DNA of 64,000 nt, from positions 8,442-72,441 of the forward strand of contig JAEELG010000128.1 in assembly GCA_016288775.1 (NCBI GenBank), read 5' to 3'. The DNA comes from Bacteroidales bacterium. GTDB taxonomy: Bacteria; Bacteroidota; Bacteroidia; Bacteroidales; UBA932. The translations under genes and the position numbers were made by a program. The notes under the pieces were generated by a model. It was given only the letters and a program-made list of their open reading frames with translations, was not told where the DNA came from and made no database searches. How positions within the stretch are numbered: position 1 is the first letter of the stretch; each line of letters opens with the position of its first letter. Positions 10,681-18,333 of the stretch are shown piece after piece.

Positions 10681-12031
10681 TATCAAGGAGTTCTTCTACT
10701 ACAGCGTGCCGGTGATGCTGGTTGACCTTGCAATCCACATAGGCATATTCGAGTGGATGCTCAAGGTGTTCACGTTTACGGATCCGCAGGACCTGATTCT
10801 GCTGCGTCCGCGCACCCTGTATTTCCTGGTAGTCGGTTTCATCATAGCGATGGTCATTGTGCCGGTAAGGCTGTATGAACGGGGCTATAATTGGAAGACC
10901 TTGATAGTCAGGGTGTTCTTCCAGTGCCTGATAACCATCGGAGTGCTGGCTGCTTCCGTGAACGTGCTCTTTCACAGCTTCGCCGGTCATTTCCTGCTTT
11001 ATCAGGGAATGCTGGCGGTTGCAGCCATAGGCTTATGGCACCTTCTGTTCCGTGCGGCTATCCTCACCGCCCGCAAGAAGGGGCGCAACAAAATCCACGT
11101 CGTGATAGTGGGCGAGAACGAGAACGCCGCTCGCCTGGCCGACATGATTCGCGACAACCGCGACTATGCCGACTACAAGCTCGTGGCGACCTTCGGTGAA
11201 GACCTTCCTGCGATAAACGACTACCTGCATAACAACAAGGTTCATCAGCTGTATTGCAGTCTCAATCCCGCAATCAAGACCGACATCGTAAACAGCATTA
11301 TCCGCGACTGCGAGAATCTCTTCATCGAGTTCTACTATGTGCCCAACATGGACGGCTACCTGCACCGTTCCATGACCTTCGGAGAGATGGGGCCCCTGAC
11401 GGTCGTGAAGCTTCGCGAGGAGCCGCTCGCAAATCCGCTTAACGCCGCTGTCAAGCGCTTCTTCGACATAGTGGTCAGCCTGCTGTTCCTGATAACGCTT
11501 TACCCCATTGTCTGGTGCTTCGTCGCCATCGGCACCTCCATCAGTTCTCCCGGTCCCATACTCTTCAGGCAGAAGCGCACCGGGTACAAGGGCAAGCCGT
11601 TCACGATGTACAAGTTCCGCTCCATGAAGGTCAACGCCGACGCCGACAAGCTGCAGGCCACGGCGGATGACCCCCGCAAGACCAGGTTCGGCGACTTCCT
11701 GCGCCGCAGCAGCATCGACGAACTGCCTCAGATGATCAACGTGCTGAAGGGAGATATGTCCATCATCGGCCCCCGTCCCCACATGGAGCTCCACACCGAG
11801 ATGTACACTAAGCTGGTGGACGAATACCTGGTACGGCATATGGTGAAGCCCGGCCTTACCGGCTGGGCGCAGGTCAATGGGTGCCGAGGCGAGACCAGGA
11901 CCACCGAAGCCATGGCGGACCGCGTGCGTTACGATATCTGGTATATTGAGCACTGGTCAGTAGCCCTCGACTTCAGGATCTTCTTCATGACCATCGCGCA
12001 GATACTCGGCGGCGACAAACAGGCATATTAG
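10661..12031 (+). CDS. wcaJ: Undecaprenyl-phosphate sugar phosphotransferase (WcaJ-like priming enzyme)
   Basis: KRFFDIV, KFRSM, DELPQ..NVLKGDMSIIGPRP, KPGLTGWAQVNG; N-terminal TM helices. Confidence 0.9.
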   Translation: MNLRTFNIKEFFYYSVPVMLVDLAIHIGIFEWMLKVFTFTDPQDLILLRPRTLYFLVVGFIIAMVIVPVRLYERGYNWKTLIVRVFFQCLITIGVLAASVNVLFHSFAGHFLLYQGMLAVAAIGLWHLLFRAAILTARKKGRNKIHVVIVGENENAARLADMIRDNRDYADYKLVATFGEDLPAINDYLHNNKVHQLYCSLNPAIKTDIVNSIIRDCENLFIEFYYVPNMDGYLHRSMTFGEMGPLTVVKLREEPLANPLNAAVKRFFDIVVSLLFLITLYPIVWCFVAIGTSISSPGPILFRQKRTGYKGKPFTMYKFRSMKVNADADKLQATADDPRKTRFGDFLRRSSIDELPQMINVLKGDMSIIGPRPHMELHTEMYTKLVDEYLVRHMVKPGLTGWAQVNGCRGETRTTEAMADRVRYDIWYIEHWSVALDFRIFFMTIAQILGGDKQAY

Positions 12032-12032
12032 C

Positions 12033-13115
12033 ATGAATACCTTCTTTGAACTGGTTCAGATTGCAATCGGTGTCCGGGAGAATCTTTCGGAAATACCCTC
12101 CTGCCGTGAGGAATGGGACCGTCTTTTCAAGGTTGTGGGCGACCACAGCCTGCTGGGCGTGACCTTCCCCGTGATAGACCGCCTGCACGACGAGGTGGAA
12201 GTCCCGCTGGGAATCTATTCCCGCTGGGCTATGGTGGCGGAGAAGATTGCCAAACGCAACGCGGCTCAGGTTAAGATGTGCAAGTCCCTGTACGAAAAGT
12301 TCCTTGCCGATGGATTCCGCTGCTGCGTGCTTAAGGGGCAGGGCGCAGCGATGCGTTACCCCGATTCGTCCCTGCGCCACAGCGGGGATATCGACCTATG
12401 GATGGAAGGGGATAGGCAAAAGGTGGTCGACTACATGCGAAGCCTCTGCCCGATTCGGAAGATAGTCTATCACCACCTCGACGCGGAACTCATCCCCAAA
12501 ATGGGTGTGGAAATCCATTTCACGCCGTCGTGGATGAACGCTCCCTCCGCCAACAGGCGCCTTCAGCGCTGGTTCGAATCCGAAGCGGAAGGGCAGTGGT
12601 CCAACTATGACGCCGGACTCGGATTCTGCGTGACCACGGCCCCCTTCGATGCGTTTTTCATGCTTATCCACATTTACCGCCATGTGCTGGAGGAAGGCAT
12701 AGGCCTGAGGCAGCTGCTGGACTACTATTACGTCCTTAGGCAATTGAATCCCGAACAGCGGGGCAAGGTCAAAGCCGACCTTCGCAAGCTTGAAATGGAC
12801 CGCTTTGCCGCTGCAGTCATGTACGTGATGCAGCAGGTGTTCGCGATGGACGAGGGCCTGTGCCTTTTCGCTCCCGACGAAAAGGAAGGCCGTTTCCTGC
12901 TCGATGAGGTAATGCGTTCCGGCAATTTCGGCAAGCACGATCCGCGCAACGCGCACGCCAAGGGCGAAACCCTCGTCGCCCACGGCAAACGCAAATTCGG
13001 GCGCGGTATCAGATACATGTTCCATTACCCTTCAGAGGTTCTCTGGATGGCTCCTTTCATGACCTGGCAGTACTTCTGGAGACGCAGGCACGGTTATCTA
13101 TATAAAGGCAGATGA
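12033..13115 (+). CDS. Uncharacterised nucleotidyltransferase family protein (NTP_transf_5-like)
   Basis: VLKGQG, RHSGDIDL, VEIHF, GIGLRQLLD and GNFG motifs. Confidence 0.8.
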   Translation: MNTFFELVQIAIGVRENLSEIPSCREEWDRLFKVVGDHSLLGVTFPVIDRLHDEVEVPLGIYSRWAMVAEKIAKRNAAQVKMCKSLYEKFLADGFRCCVLKGQGAAMRYPDSSLRHSGDIDLWMEGDRQKVVDYMRSLCPIRKIVYHHLDAELIPKMGVEIHFTPSWMNAPSANRRLQRWFESEAEGQWSNYDAGLGFCVTTAPFDAFFMLIHIYRHVLEEGIGLRQLLDYYYVLRQLNPEQRGKVKADLRKLEMDRFAAAVMYVMQQVFAMDEGLCLFAPDEKEGRFLLDEVMRSGNFGKHDPRNAHAKGETLVAHGKRKFGRGIRYMFHYPSEVLWMAPFMTWQYFWRRRHGYLYKGR

Positions 13116-14545
13116 ACGATTTCGTGGTGTCCCTCATGCTTCTCGGAGCGCTTTCGCAGGGCGGCGGCATGCCGTTCTGGTCCACCGCGAACCAGTTCGG
13201 GATCATGCCTGAATCGAGCGGAGGCCTGGCCCTGCTACAGGCGGGTATGCCCTTCGATGAGACAAAGACCCTGCAGTGGCACTGGGGCACATCCCTTGGC
13301 CTCAGGGCGGACTCCGGAGGAACCACAGTGCTGCCCGACGAACTGTATGCCGGTCTTCGCTGGAAGCGGTTGCGGCTCGACCTCGGTATCTGGCATCCGG
13401 AGCAGGGCTATATGGCTGCCAGCCGCGACCTGGGAACCCTTTCCGTCACCGGTGGCAATTTCATGAGAAGCGGCAATGCCCGGAGCATGCCCGGCTACTC
13501 ATTTACCCTGGAACCGTGGGACGTTCCTTTCACTGACGGACACCTTCAGTTCCTGGGACGCTTCGGCGACTACAGGACAACTGATCCCCGCTATGTGTCA
13601 GGCGCGCTCGTACATAATACCGAAGGCTACGTAAGGGGTAAGATAGGCCGTCATGCCAGTGTCACCGTCGGCCTCGACCATTATACCATGTGGGGAGGAA
13701 ACAGCCCGGATTTCGGGAAGCAGACAGTAAGCTTCGGCAATTACTTCAGAGTGCTGACCGGACGCCAGGGCAAAGAGGATTCGCCCCTGGGTGACCAGAT
13801 AAACTCCCTGGGCGACCATCGCGGGCGGATATTGTTCCGCTTTGACTGGAAGGGAGACGGCTGGCTCCTTGCTTATCAGAGCGACAAGCCTTACGACGAC
13901 CGCTCAGGCATGGCCTGGTACAACATTCCGGATGCTGTGCGTACCCTTAGCTTCTCCTTCGACGACAAGACCCGGTGGCTGAGTGACGTGGTATATGAAT
14001 TCCATACGACCATGAAGCAGTCCGGCCCTTATGAGCGCCGTCTGGCCAGTGATGCCGAAATTGCCGCTTCTGACCCTCACCTTTACCTGGACGAGGGGAA
14101 TTCCCTCTGGTACTACATTGCGGGCGGAGCGGACAACTACTGCAACAACTACGAATACAAGTCCGGCTGGACTCATTACGGCCGCCAGACAGGCAACCCT
14201 TTGTTCTATTCGCGAGCCAGCGGCAACGGCACATGGAACAACCTGCTATCGGCTCATCACTTCGCCTTTTCCGGCAGTCTGTTCCATAAGTTTCCATGGA
14301 AGCTTATGCTCACGTGGAGCCGCAACTATGGCTGCTGGTTTACTGAGGACTACGTTTACGATCAGGGCAGCCGCTACGAGCAGCCGCTAAGGCAGTTCTC
14401 CTCCGGTTTCATGACTGAATTCCCTTTGCTGCAGGGCGCACTGAAGATTGTGCCCGCGGTGTATCTGGATTCCGGCGACGCCCTGCCGCGGTGCTTTGCG
14501 GCAACTCTATCCGTGAAATACGACATAATACATAAAAGAAAATGA
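13112..14545 (+). CDS. Capsule assembly Wzi-like outer-membrane protein
   Basis: PFWSTANQFG, SGNARSMPG, DNY.NNYEY.SGWTHYG motifs; beta-rich sequence; capsule-locus context. Confidence 0.75.
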   Translation: MNDFVVSLMLLGALSQGGGMPFWSTANQFGIMPESSGGLALLQAGMPFDETKTLQWHWGTSLGLRADSGGTTVLPDELYAGLRWKRLRLDLGIWHPEQGYMAASRDLGTLSVTGGNFMRSGNARSMPGYSFTLEPWDVPFTDGHLQFLGRFGDYRTTDPRYVSGALVHNTEGYVRGKIGRHASVTVGLDHYTMWGGNSPDFGKQTVSFGNYFRVLTGRQGKEDSPLGDQINSLGDHRGRILFRFDWKGDGWLLAYQSDKPYDDRSGMAWYNIPDAVRTLSFSFDDKTRWLSDVVYEFHTTMKQSGPYERRLASDAEIAASDPHLYLDEGNSLWYYIAGGADNYCNNYEYKSGWTHYGRQTGNPLFYSRASGNGTWNNLLSAHHFAFSGSLFHKFPWKLMLTWSRNYGCWFTEDYVYDQGSRYEQPLRQFSSGFMTEFPLLQGALKIVPAVYLDSGDALPRCFAATLSVKYDIIHKRK

Positions 14546-15588
14546 TTATCCGAAGCAAAGCCCCTTTGCGCCTCGGCCTGGCGGGCGGCGGCAGCGACGT
14601 GTCACCCTACAGCGACATTTACGGCGGACTGGTGCTGAACGCCACTATCAACCTCTACGCATACTGCACGATAGAGGAAACCGCCGACGGGCTCATTAGC
14701 ATAGACTCTTATGACAGCGGTTGCAATCTGCAGTTCCCGGTGGAACCCCAGTTGCCGGTAAACGGCGAGGCTGATCTGGTCAAAGGCGTGTATAACCGCA
14801 TCGTAAGCGATTTTGGCATAACACCCAGGGCATTCCGTATCACCACCTGGAATGACGCTCCTGCGGGCTCTGGCCTTGGCACTTCCAGCACCATGGTGGT
14901 CTGCATCCTGAAAGCCTTTGTCGAATGGTTCAGCCTGCCTATGGGCGACTACGAGATCGCCCGGCTGGCATATGAAATCGAGCGCAAGGACCTCGCCCTT
15001 TCAGGCGGAAAGCAGGACCAGTATGCTGCGGCTTTCGGCGGATTCAACTTCATCGAGTTCCTCCCCGACGACCGCGTCATCGTCAACCCGCTCAAGGTCA
15101 AGCGCTGGATTACCGACGAACTGGAATCCAGCCTGCTGCTGTACTTCACCGGCAAGTCCCGCAGCAGCGCCCGCATCATCGACGAGCAGCGCAAGAACAC
15201 TTCGTCCGGCAACGCGGAAGCCATTGAGGCCATGCACCTTATCAAGCAGAGCGCCAGGGACATGAAAGCCGCCCTGCTGCGCGGAGACATGCGTGAGTTC
15301 GCGGCCATCATGGGGCGCAGCTGGGAAAGCAAGAAGAAGATGGCGAACGGTATCACCAACGAACAGATACAGCATGCCTTCGACGTGGCCGAGGCCGCCG
15401 GCGCGGTAGCCGGAAAAGTCAGCGGCGCGGGCGGCGGCGGATTCATAATCTTCTTCGTCCCTCCCGAAAAGCGGAAGCGCGTGGAGGAGGCGCTCAAAGC
15501 CCTGGACGGCTTCATAATGCCCTTCCTGTTCACCGACGGTGGGGCGCACGGATGGAAAATATACGATACAGATACAGTAGCGAAATGA
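14542..15588 (+). CDS. hddA: D-glycero-alpha-D-manno-heptose-7-phosphate kinase (GHMP kinase)
   Basis: APLRLGLAGGGSD, PAGSGLGTSS, GGKQDQY, GAGGGG. Confidence 0.9.
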   Translation: MIIRSKAPLRLGLAGGGSDVSPYSDIYGGLVLNATINLYAYCTIEETADGLISIDSYDSGCNLQFPVEPQLPVNGEADLVKGVYNRIVSDFGITPRAFRITTWNDAPAGSGLGTSSTMVVCILKAFVEWFSLPMGDYEIARLAYEIERKDLALSGGKQDQYAAAFGGFNFIEFLPDDRVIVNPLKVKRWITDELESSLLLYFTGKSRSSARIIDEQRKNTSSGNAEAIEAMHLIKQSARDMKAALLRGDMREFAAIMGRSWESKKKMANGITNEQIQHAFDVAEAAGAVAGKVSGAGGGGFIIFFVPPEKRKRVEEALKALDGFIMPFLFTDGGAHGWKIYDTDTVAK

Positions 15589-16223
15589 TACAGATTCTAG
15601 ACGACCTGGTGGCGCGTTATCCCGCGCTCGAATGCTGCCGCGATCAGATACGGCAGGCAACGGATATCCTTATTGAATCCTACTCGCACGACGGCAAGCT
15701 GCTAACCGCAGGAAACGGCGGAAGTGCGGCCGACGCCGAGCACATTGTAGGTGAGATGATGAAGACTTTCCGTATCCAGAAAACCCTTCCGGAGGGCTAC
15801 GCCGAGGCGTTGTATGCAACTGATCCGGAAATGGGCAATGTGCTCCGCAACCATCTGCAGGGCGCCCTGCCGGCAATCGCCCTTGACGGGCACATCTCGC
15901 TGAGCACCGCATACATGAACGATTGCGAACCGCTTCTGTGCTTCGCCCAGCAGGTGAACGGATACGGGCGTCCCGGCGACGTTCTTCTTGGTATCAGCAC
16001 CTCCGGCAACAGCCGCAACGTGCTGTATGCTGCCGTTGCCGCCAAGGCCCGAGGCATGAAGGTCATCGGCCTTACCGGCGGCAGGGACAACCGCCTTGAA
16101 AAGTTCGCCGACGTCTGCATCAAGGCCCCCGCTACCGAGACTTACAAGATTCAGGAACTCCATCTGCCCATCTACCACTGCATCTGCCAGATGGTTGAAA
16201 AGTATTTCTTTGCTAATCATTGA
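15585..16223 (+). CDS. gmhA: Phosphoheptose (sedoheptulose-7-phosphate) isomerase
   Basis: GNGGSAADAEH, ISTSGNS, IQELH; start at ATGA overlapping the hddA stop. Confidence 0.9.
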   Translation: MIQILDDLVARYPALECCRDQIRQATDILIESYSHDGKLLTAGNGGSAADAEHIVGEMMKTFRIQKTLPEGYAEALYATDPEMGNVLRNHLQGALPAIALDGHISLSTAYMNDCEPLLCFAQQVNGYGRPGDVLLGISTSGNSRNVLYAAVAAKARGMKVIGLTGGRDNRLEKFADVCIKAPATETYKIQELHLPIYHCICQMVEKYFFANH

Positions 16224-16282
16224 CTTATCGCGCAACGTCTGGGAGCTTTTCCCAGAGGTGGAAGCGTAAGTGACTGGGAATC

Positions 16283-17431
16283 ATGGAAGTAGCAATTCTG
16301 GCGGGAGGATTGGGAACGAGGCTGAGGAGCGTCGTGAGCGAGGTGCCGAAGTGTATGGCGCCCGTGGCGGGGAAGCCGTTCCTGTGGTATCTGCTGGAGC
16401 AGTTGCGCCGCTACGATGTGGAGCGGGTGATACTGAGCGTGGGCTATCTGCGTGAGGTTATACAGGACTGGGTGGCGGAACATGCTGCTGAGTATCCGTT
16501 CGAGTTCCGTTTCGCGGTGGAGGAGCAGCCGCTGGGAACCGGCGGCGGCATTAAACTGGCGTCCTCTATGGCAGAAGGCCCGGAGCTGGTGGTGCTTAAC
16601 GGCGATACCTTCTTCGATGCCGATCTCGACCTGCTGCTGGCCGCACGCCGCGGGAGCGGGCTCCCTGTAGCGCTGGCGCTCAAGCCCATGCGCGACTTCG
16701 ACCGCTACGGTACGGTGCTGCCCGGCGCCGATGGCGTCATACGTGCCTTCCGGGAGAAGCAGCACTGCTCCGAAGGCCTCATAAACGGGGGGGTGTATGC
16801 GATAGACCTGCGTTCCGGAGTGTTCGACGGCGTACCTGTGAAGTTCTCCTTCGAGAAGGAGGTGCTGGAGCCGCAGTGCGGCCGCGGGCGCCTGTACGGA
16901 CTTGTGCAGGACGGCTATTTCATCGACATCGGCATCCCTGAGGACTACGCCCGCGCCTGCTCTGCTCCCTGGCTCCTCACAAGCGGATATGACACGCTGC
17001 TGCTGGACAGGGACGGCGTCATCAACGTGCTGCGTCCCGGCGATTACGTGAAGACTGTGGACGAATTCGAATGGATGCCCGGAGTGAAGGATGCGCTGCG
17101 TGAGGCGGCCGGCAAGTTCCGCCGAATCTTCATCGTAACCAATCAGAGGGGCGTAGGCAGGGGAGTGATGACTCGGGAGGCCCTCGACGGCATACATTCC
17201 TGGATGACGGCTGAGATAGAGGCTACAGGAGGACGTATCGACGGCATATACGTCTGCACCGCCGTTTCTGATGAAGATCCCTGCCGCAAACCCAACCGCG
17301 GAATGTTCGACCGCTTGTTGCAGGATCACCCTGAGGTGAATCCCTCCCGCACACTCATGGTCGGCGACAGCGAATCGGACCTCGCGTTCGCAAAGAACTG
17401 TAAAATTGCATTTTATATGATTAATTGTTAA
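16283..17431 (+). CDS. Fused heptose-1-phosphate nucleotidyltransferase (HddC-like) and heptose-1,7-bisphosphate phosphatase (GmhB-like HAD)
   Basis: N-terminal LAGGLGTRL..PKCM, PLGTGG, FIDIGIPEDY; C-terminal DRDGVIN, TNQ, CRKP..GM, MVGD. Confidence 0.88.
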   Translation: MEVAILAGGLGTRLRSVVSEVPKCMAPVAGKPFLWYLLEQLRRYDVERVILSVGYLREVIQDWVAEHAAEYPFEFRFAVEEQPLGTGGGIKLASSMAEGPELVVLNGDTFFDADLDLLLAARRGSGLPVALALKPMRDFDRYGTVLPGADGVIRAFREKQHCSEGLINGGVYAIDLRSGVFDGVPVKFSFEKEVLEPQCGRGRLYGLVQDGYFIDIGIPEDYARACSAPWLLTSGYDTLLLDRDGVINVLRPGDYVKTVDEFEWMPGVKDALREAAGKFRRIFIVTNQRGVGRGVMTREALDGIHSWMTAEIEATGGRIDGIYVCTAVSDEDPCRKPNRGMFDRLLQDHPEVNPSRTLMVGDSESDLAFAKNCKIAFYMINC

Positions 17432-17436
17432 TTTTG
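17429..17436 (+). promoter_or_regulatory. Bacteroidetes -7 promoter element TAATTTTG
   Basis: Matches TAnnTTTG and ends 4 nt before ATG 17441. Confidence 0.6.
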
Positions 17437-17440
17437 TAAT

Positions 17441-17710
17441 ATGCTGGAAGAAATAAAAACCAATATCGAGAAGCTGATTTCTCTGTACGAGACCGAGAAA
17501 CAGCGGGCCGACGCGCTGCAGGCCGAACTCGATAAGAGCAAGGCCGAGGCTGCGGCGAGCAAAGAAAGGATTGCCGACCTGGACGGCCAGATCGACAATC
17601 TCAAACTGCAGTACGCCTTTTCCGGCGCCGGCGACCCCGCCCTCGCCAAGGAACGAATCAACAAGCTGATTCACGAAATCGACCGTTGCATCAAACTCCT
17701 CGAGAAGTAG
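17441..17710 (+). CDS. Small coiled-coil protein (ZapB-like) upstream of zapA
   Basis: 89-aa heptad-rich protein ending KLIHEIDRCIKLLE; sits immediately before zapA. Confidence 0.75.
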   Translation: MLEEIKTNIEKLISLYETEKQRADALQAELDKSKAEAAASKERIADLDGQIDNLKLQYAFSGAGDPALAKERINKLIHEIDRCIKLLEK

Positions 17711-17712
17711 CC

Positions 17713-17997
17713 ATGGCACAGAACATCAAACTCAAGATCGCCGGTATCGAATACCCCATGGTCGCCAACTCTCCCGAAATGGAAGAGACGATGCGTACCG
17801 CGGCCGATGAGATCAACCGCAAATTCAATTCCTACGACGCCAAGTATCCGGACAAGACCACGCTCGACAAGCTGATTATCGTAACGCTCAACGAGACGGT
17901 GAACCGCATTGCCTGCCAGAAGAAGATGCAGCAGCTAGGAGAAGAGGCCAAGACCCTTCAGGACGATCTTGCCGCATATCTGGACAATTTGAAATAG
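17713..17997 (+). CDS. zapA: Cell division protein ZapA
   Basis: IKLKIAGIEYPM..EE..MR.AA..IN pattern with C-terminal coiled coil; ATG at 17713. Confidence 0.8.
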   Translation: MAQNIKLKIAGIEYPMVANSPEMEETMRTAADEINRKFNSYDAKYPDKTTLDKLIIVTLNETVNRIACQKKMQQLGEEAKTLQDDLAAYLDNLK

Positions 17998-18002
17998 ACG
18001 CT

Positions 18003-18162
18003 TAAGCCGTCGGGCCCAAGAGGAGAAAACATCAAGTTTTTCACTTACCGGGAGCTCTCGGACCGCGGAAGGCAGGCCCGCCCCGCAGCGGGATCCCCGA
18101 ACCGGACCGGAACCCAAATCATTCGAGCCAGACAATTTTCTGACTGTTCGGCTGACGGCTTA
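18003..18162 (+). ncRNA. ssrS: Candidate 6S RNA
   Basis: Closing stem TAAGCCGTCGG / CTGACGGCTTA, inner helix GAAAA/TTTTC, large unpaired central bubble, apical helices CCGG/CCGG, TCGG/CCGA, CCGC/GCGG; about 160 nt, immediately downstream of zapA. Confidence 0.75.
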
Positions 18163-18208
18163 TTTAATAAAAGAAGAACTGAGCTCTCAGTTCTTCTTTT
18201 ATTAAATA
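18161..18208. repeat. Perfect 23-bp-arm inverted repeat (terminator-like) at the 6S 3' end
   Basis: TATTTAATAAAAGAAGAACTGAG-CT-CTCAGTTCTTCTTTTATTAAATA. Confidence 0.9.
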
Positions 18209-18281
18209 GTCTACCCCCGCTGCTCCGCAGCTGCCCCCAGGGGCATTTCGGCCTCCGGCCGGTCGCCTTCGGCGACTAATT

Positions 18282-18315
18282 AAAAAAGACCGACCCTTTG
18301 CGGGGCCGGTCTTTT
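18282..18315 (-). terminator. Intrinsic terminator of the susCD operon (probably bidirectional)
   Basis: AAAAGACCG...CGGTCTTTT hairpin flanked by A and T runs, 19 nt past the stop at 18334. Confidence 0.75.
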
Positions 18316-18333
18316 GCTTTTATGACCGTAAGG

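Noticed and set aside
8513-13115. RiPP cluster (radical SAM/SPASM plus nucleotidyltransferase)
   Set aside because: No precursor, RRE/PqqD, peptidase or exporter adjacent; both genes are coupled to glycan genes. The small peptide at 43786-43914 is 30 kb away.
16217-17719. 500-aa antisense ORF, and similar long ORFs at 27881-29059, 47351-48790 and 57328-58683
   Set aside because: Shadow ORFs opposite well-supported genes, expected from GC-rich codon bias; no motifs.
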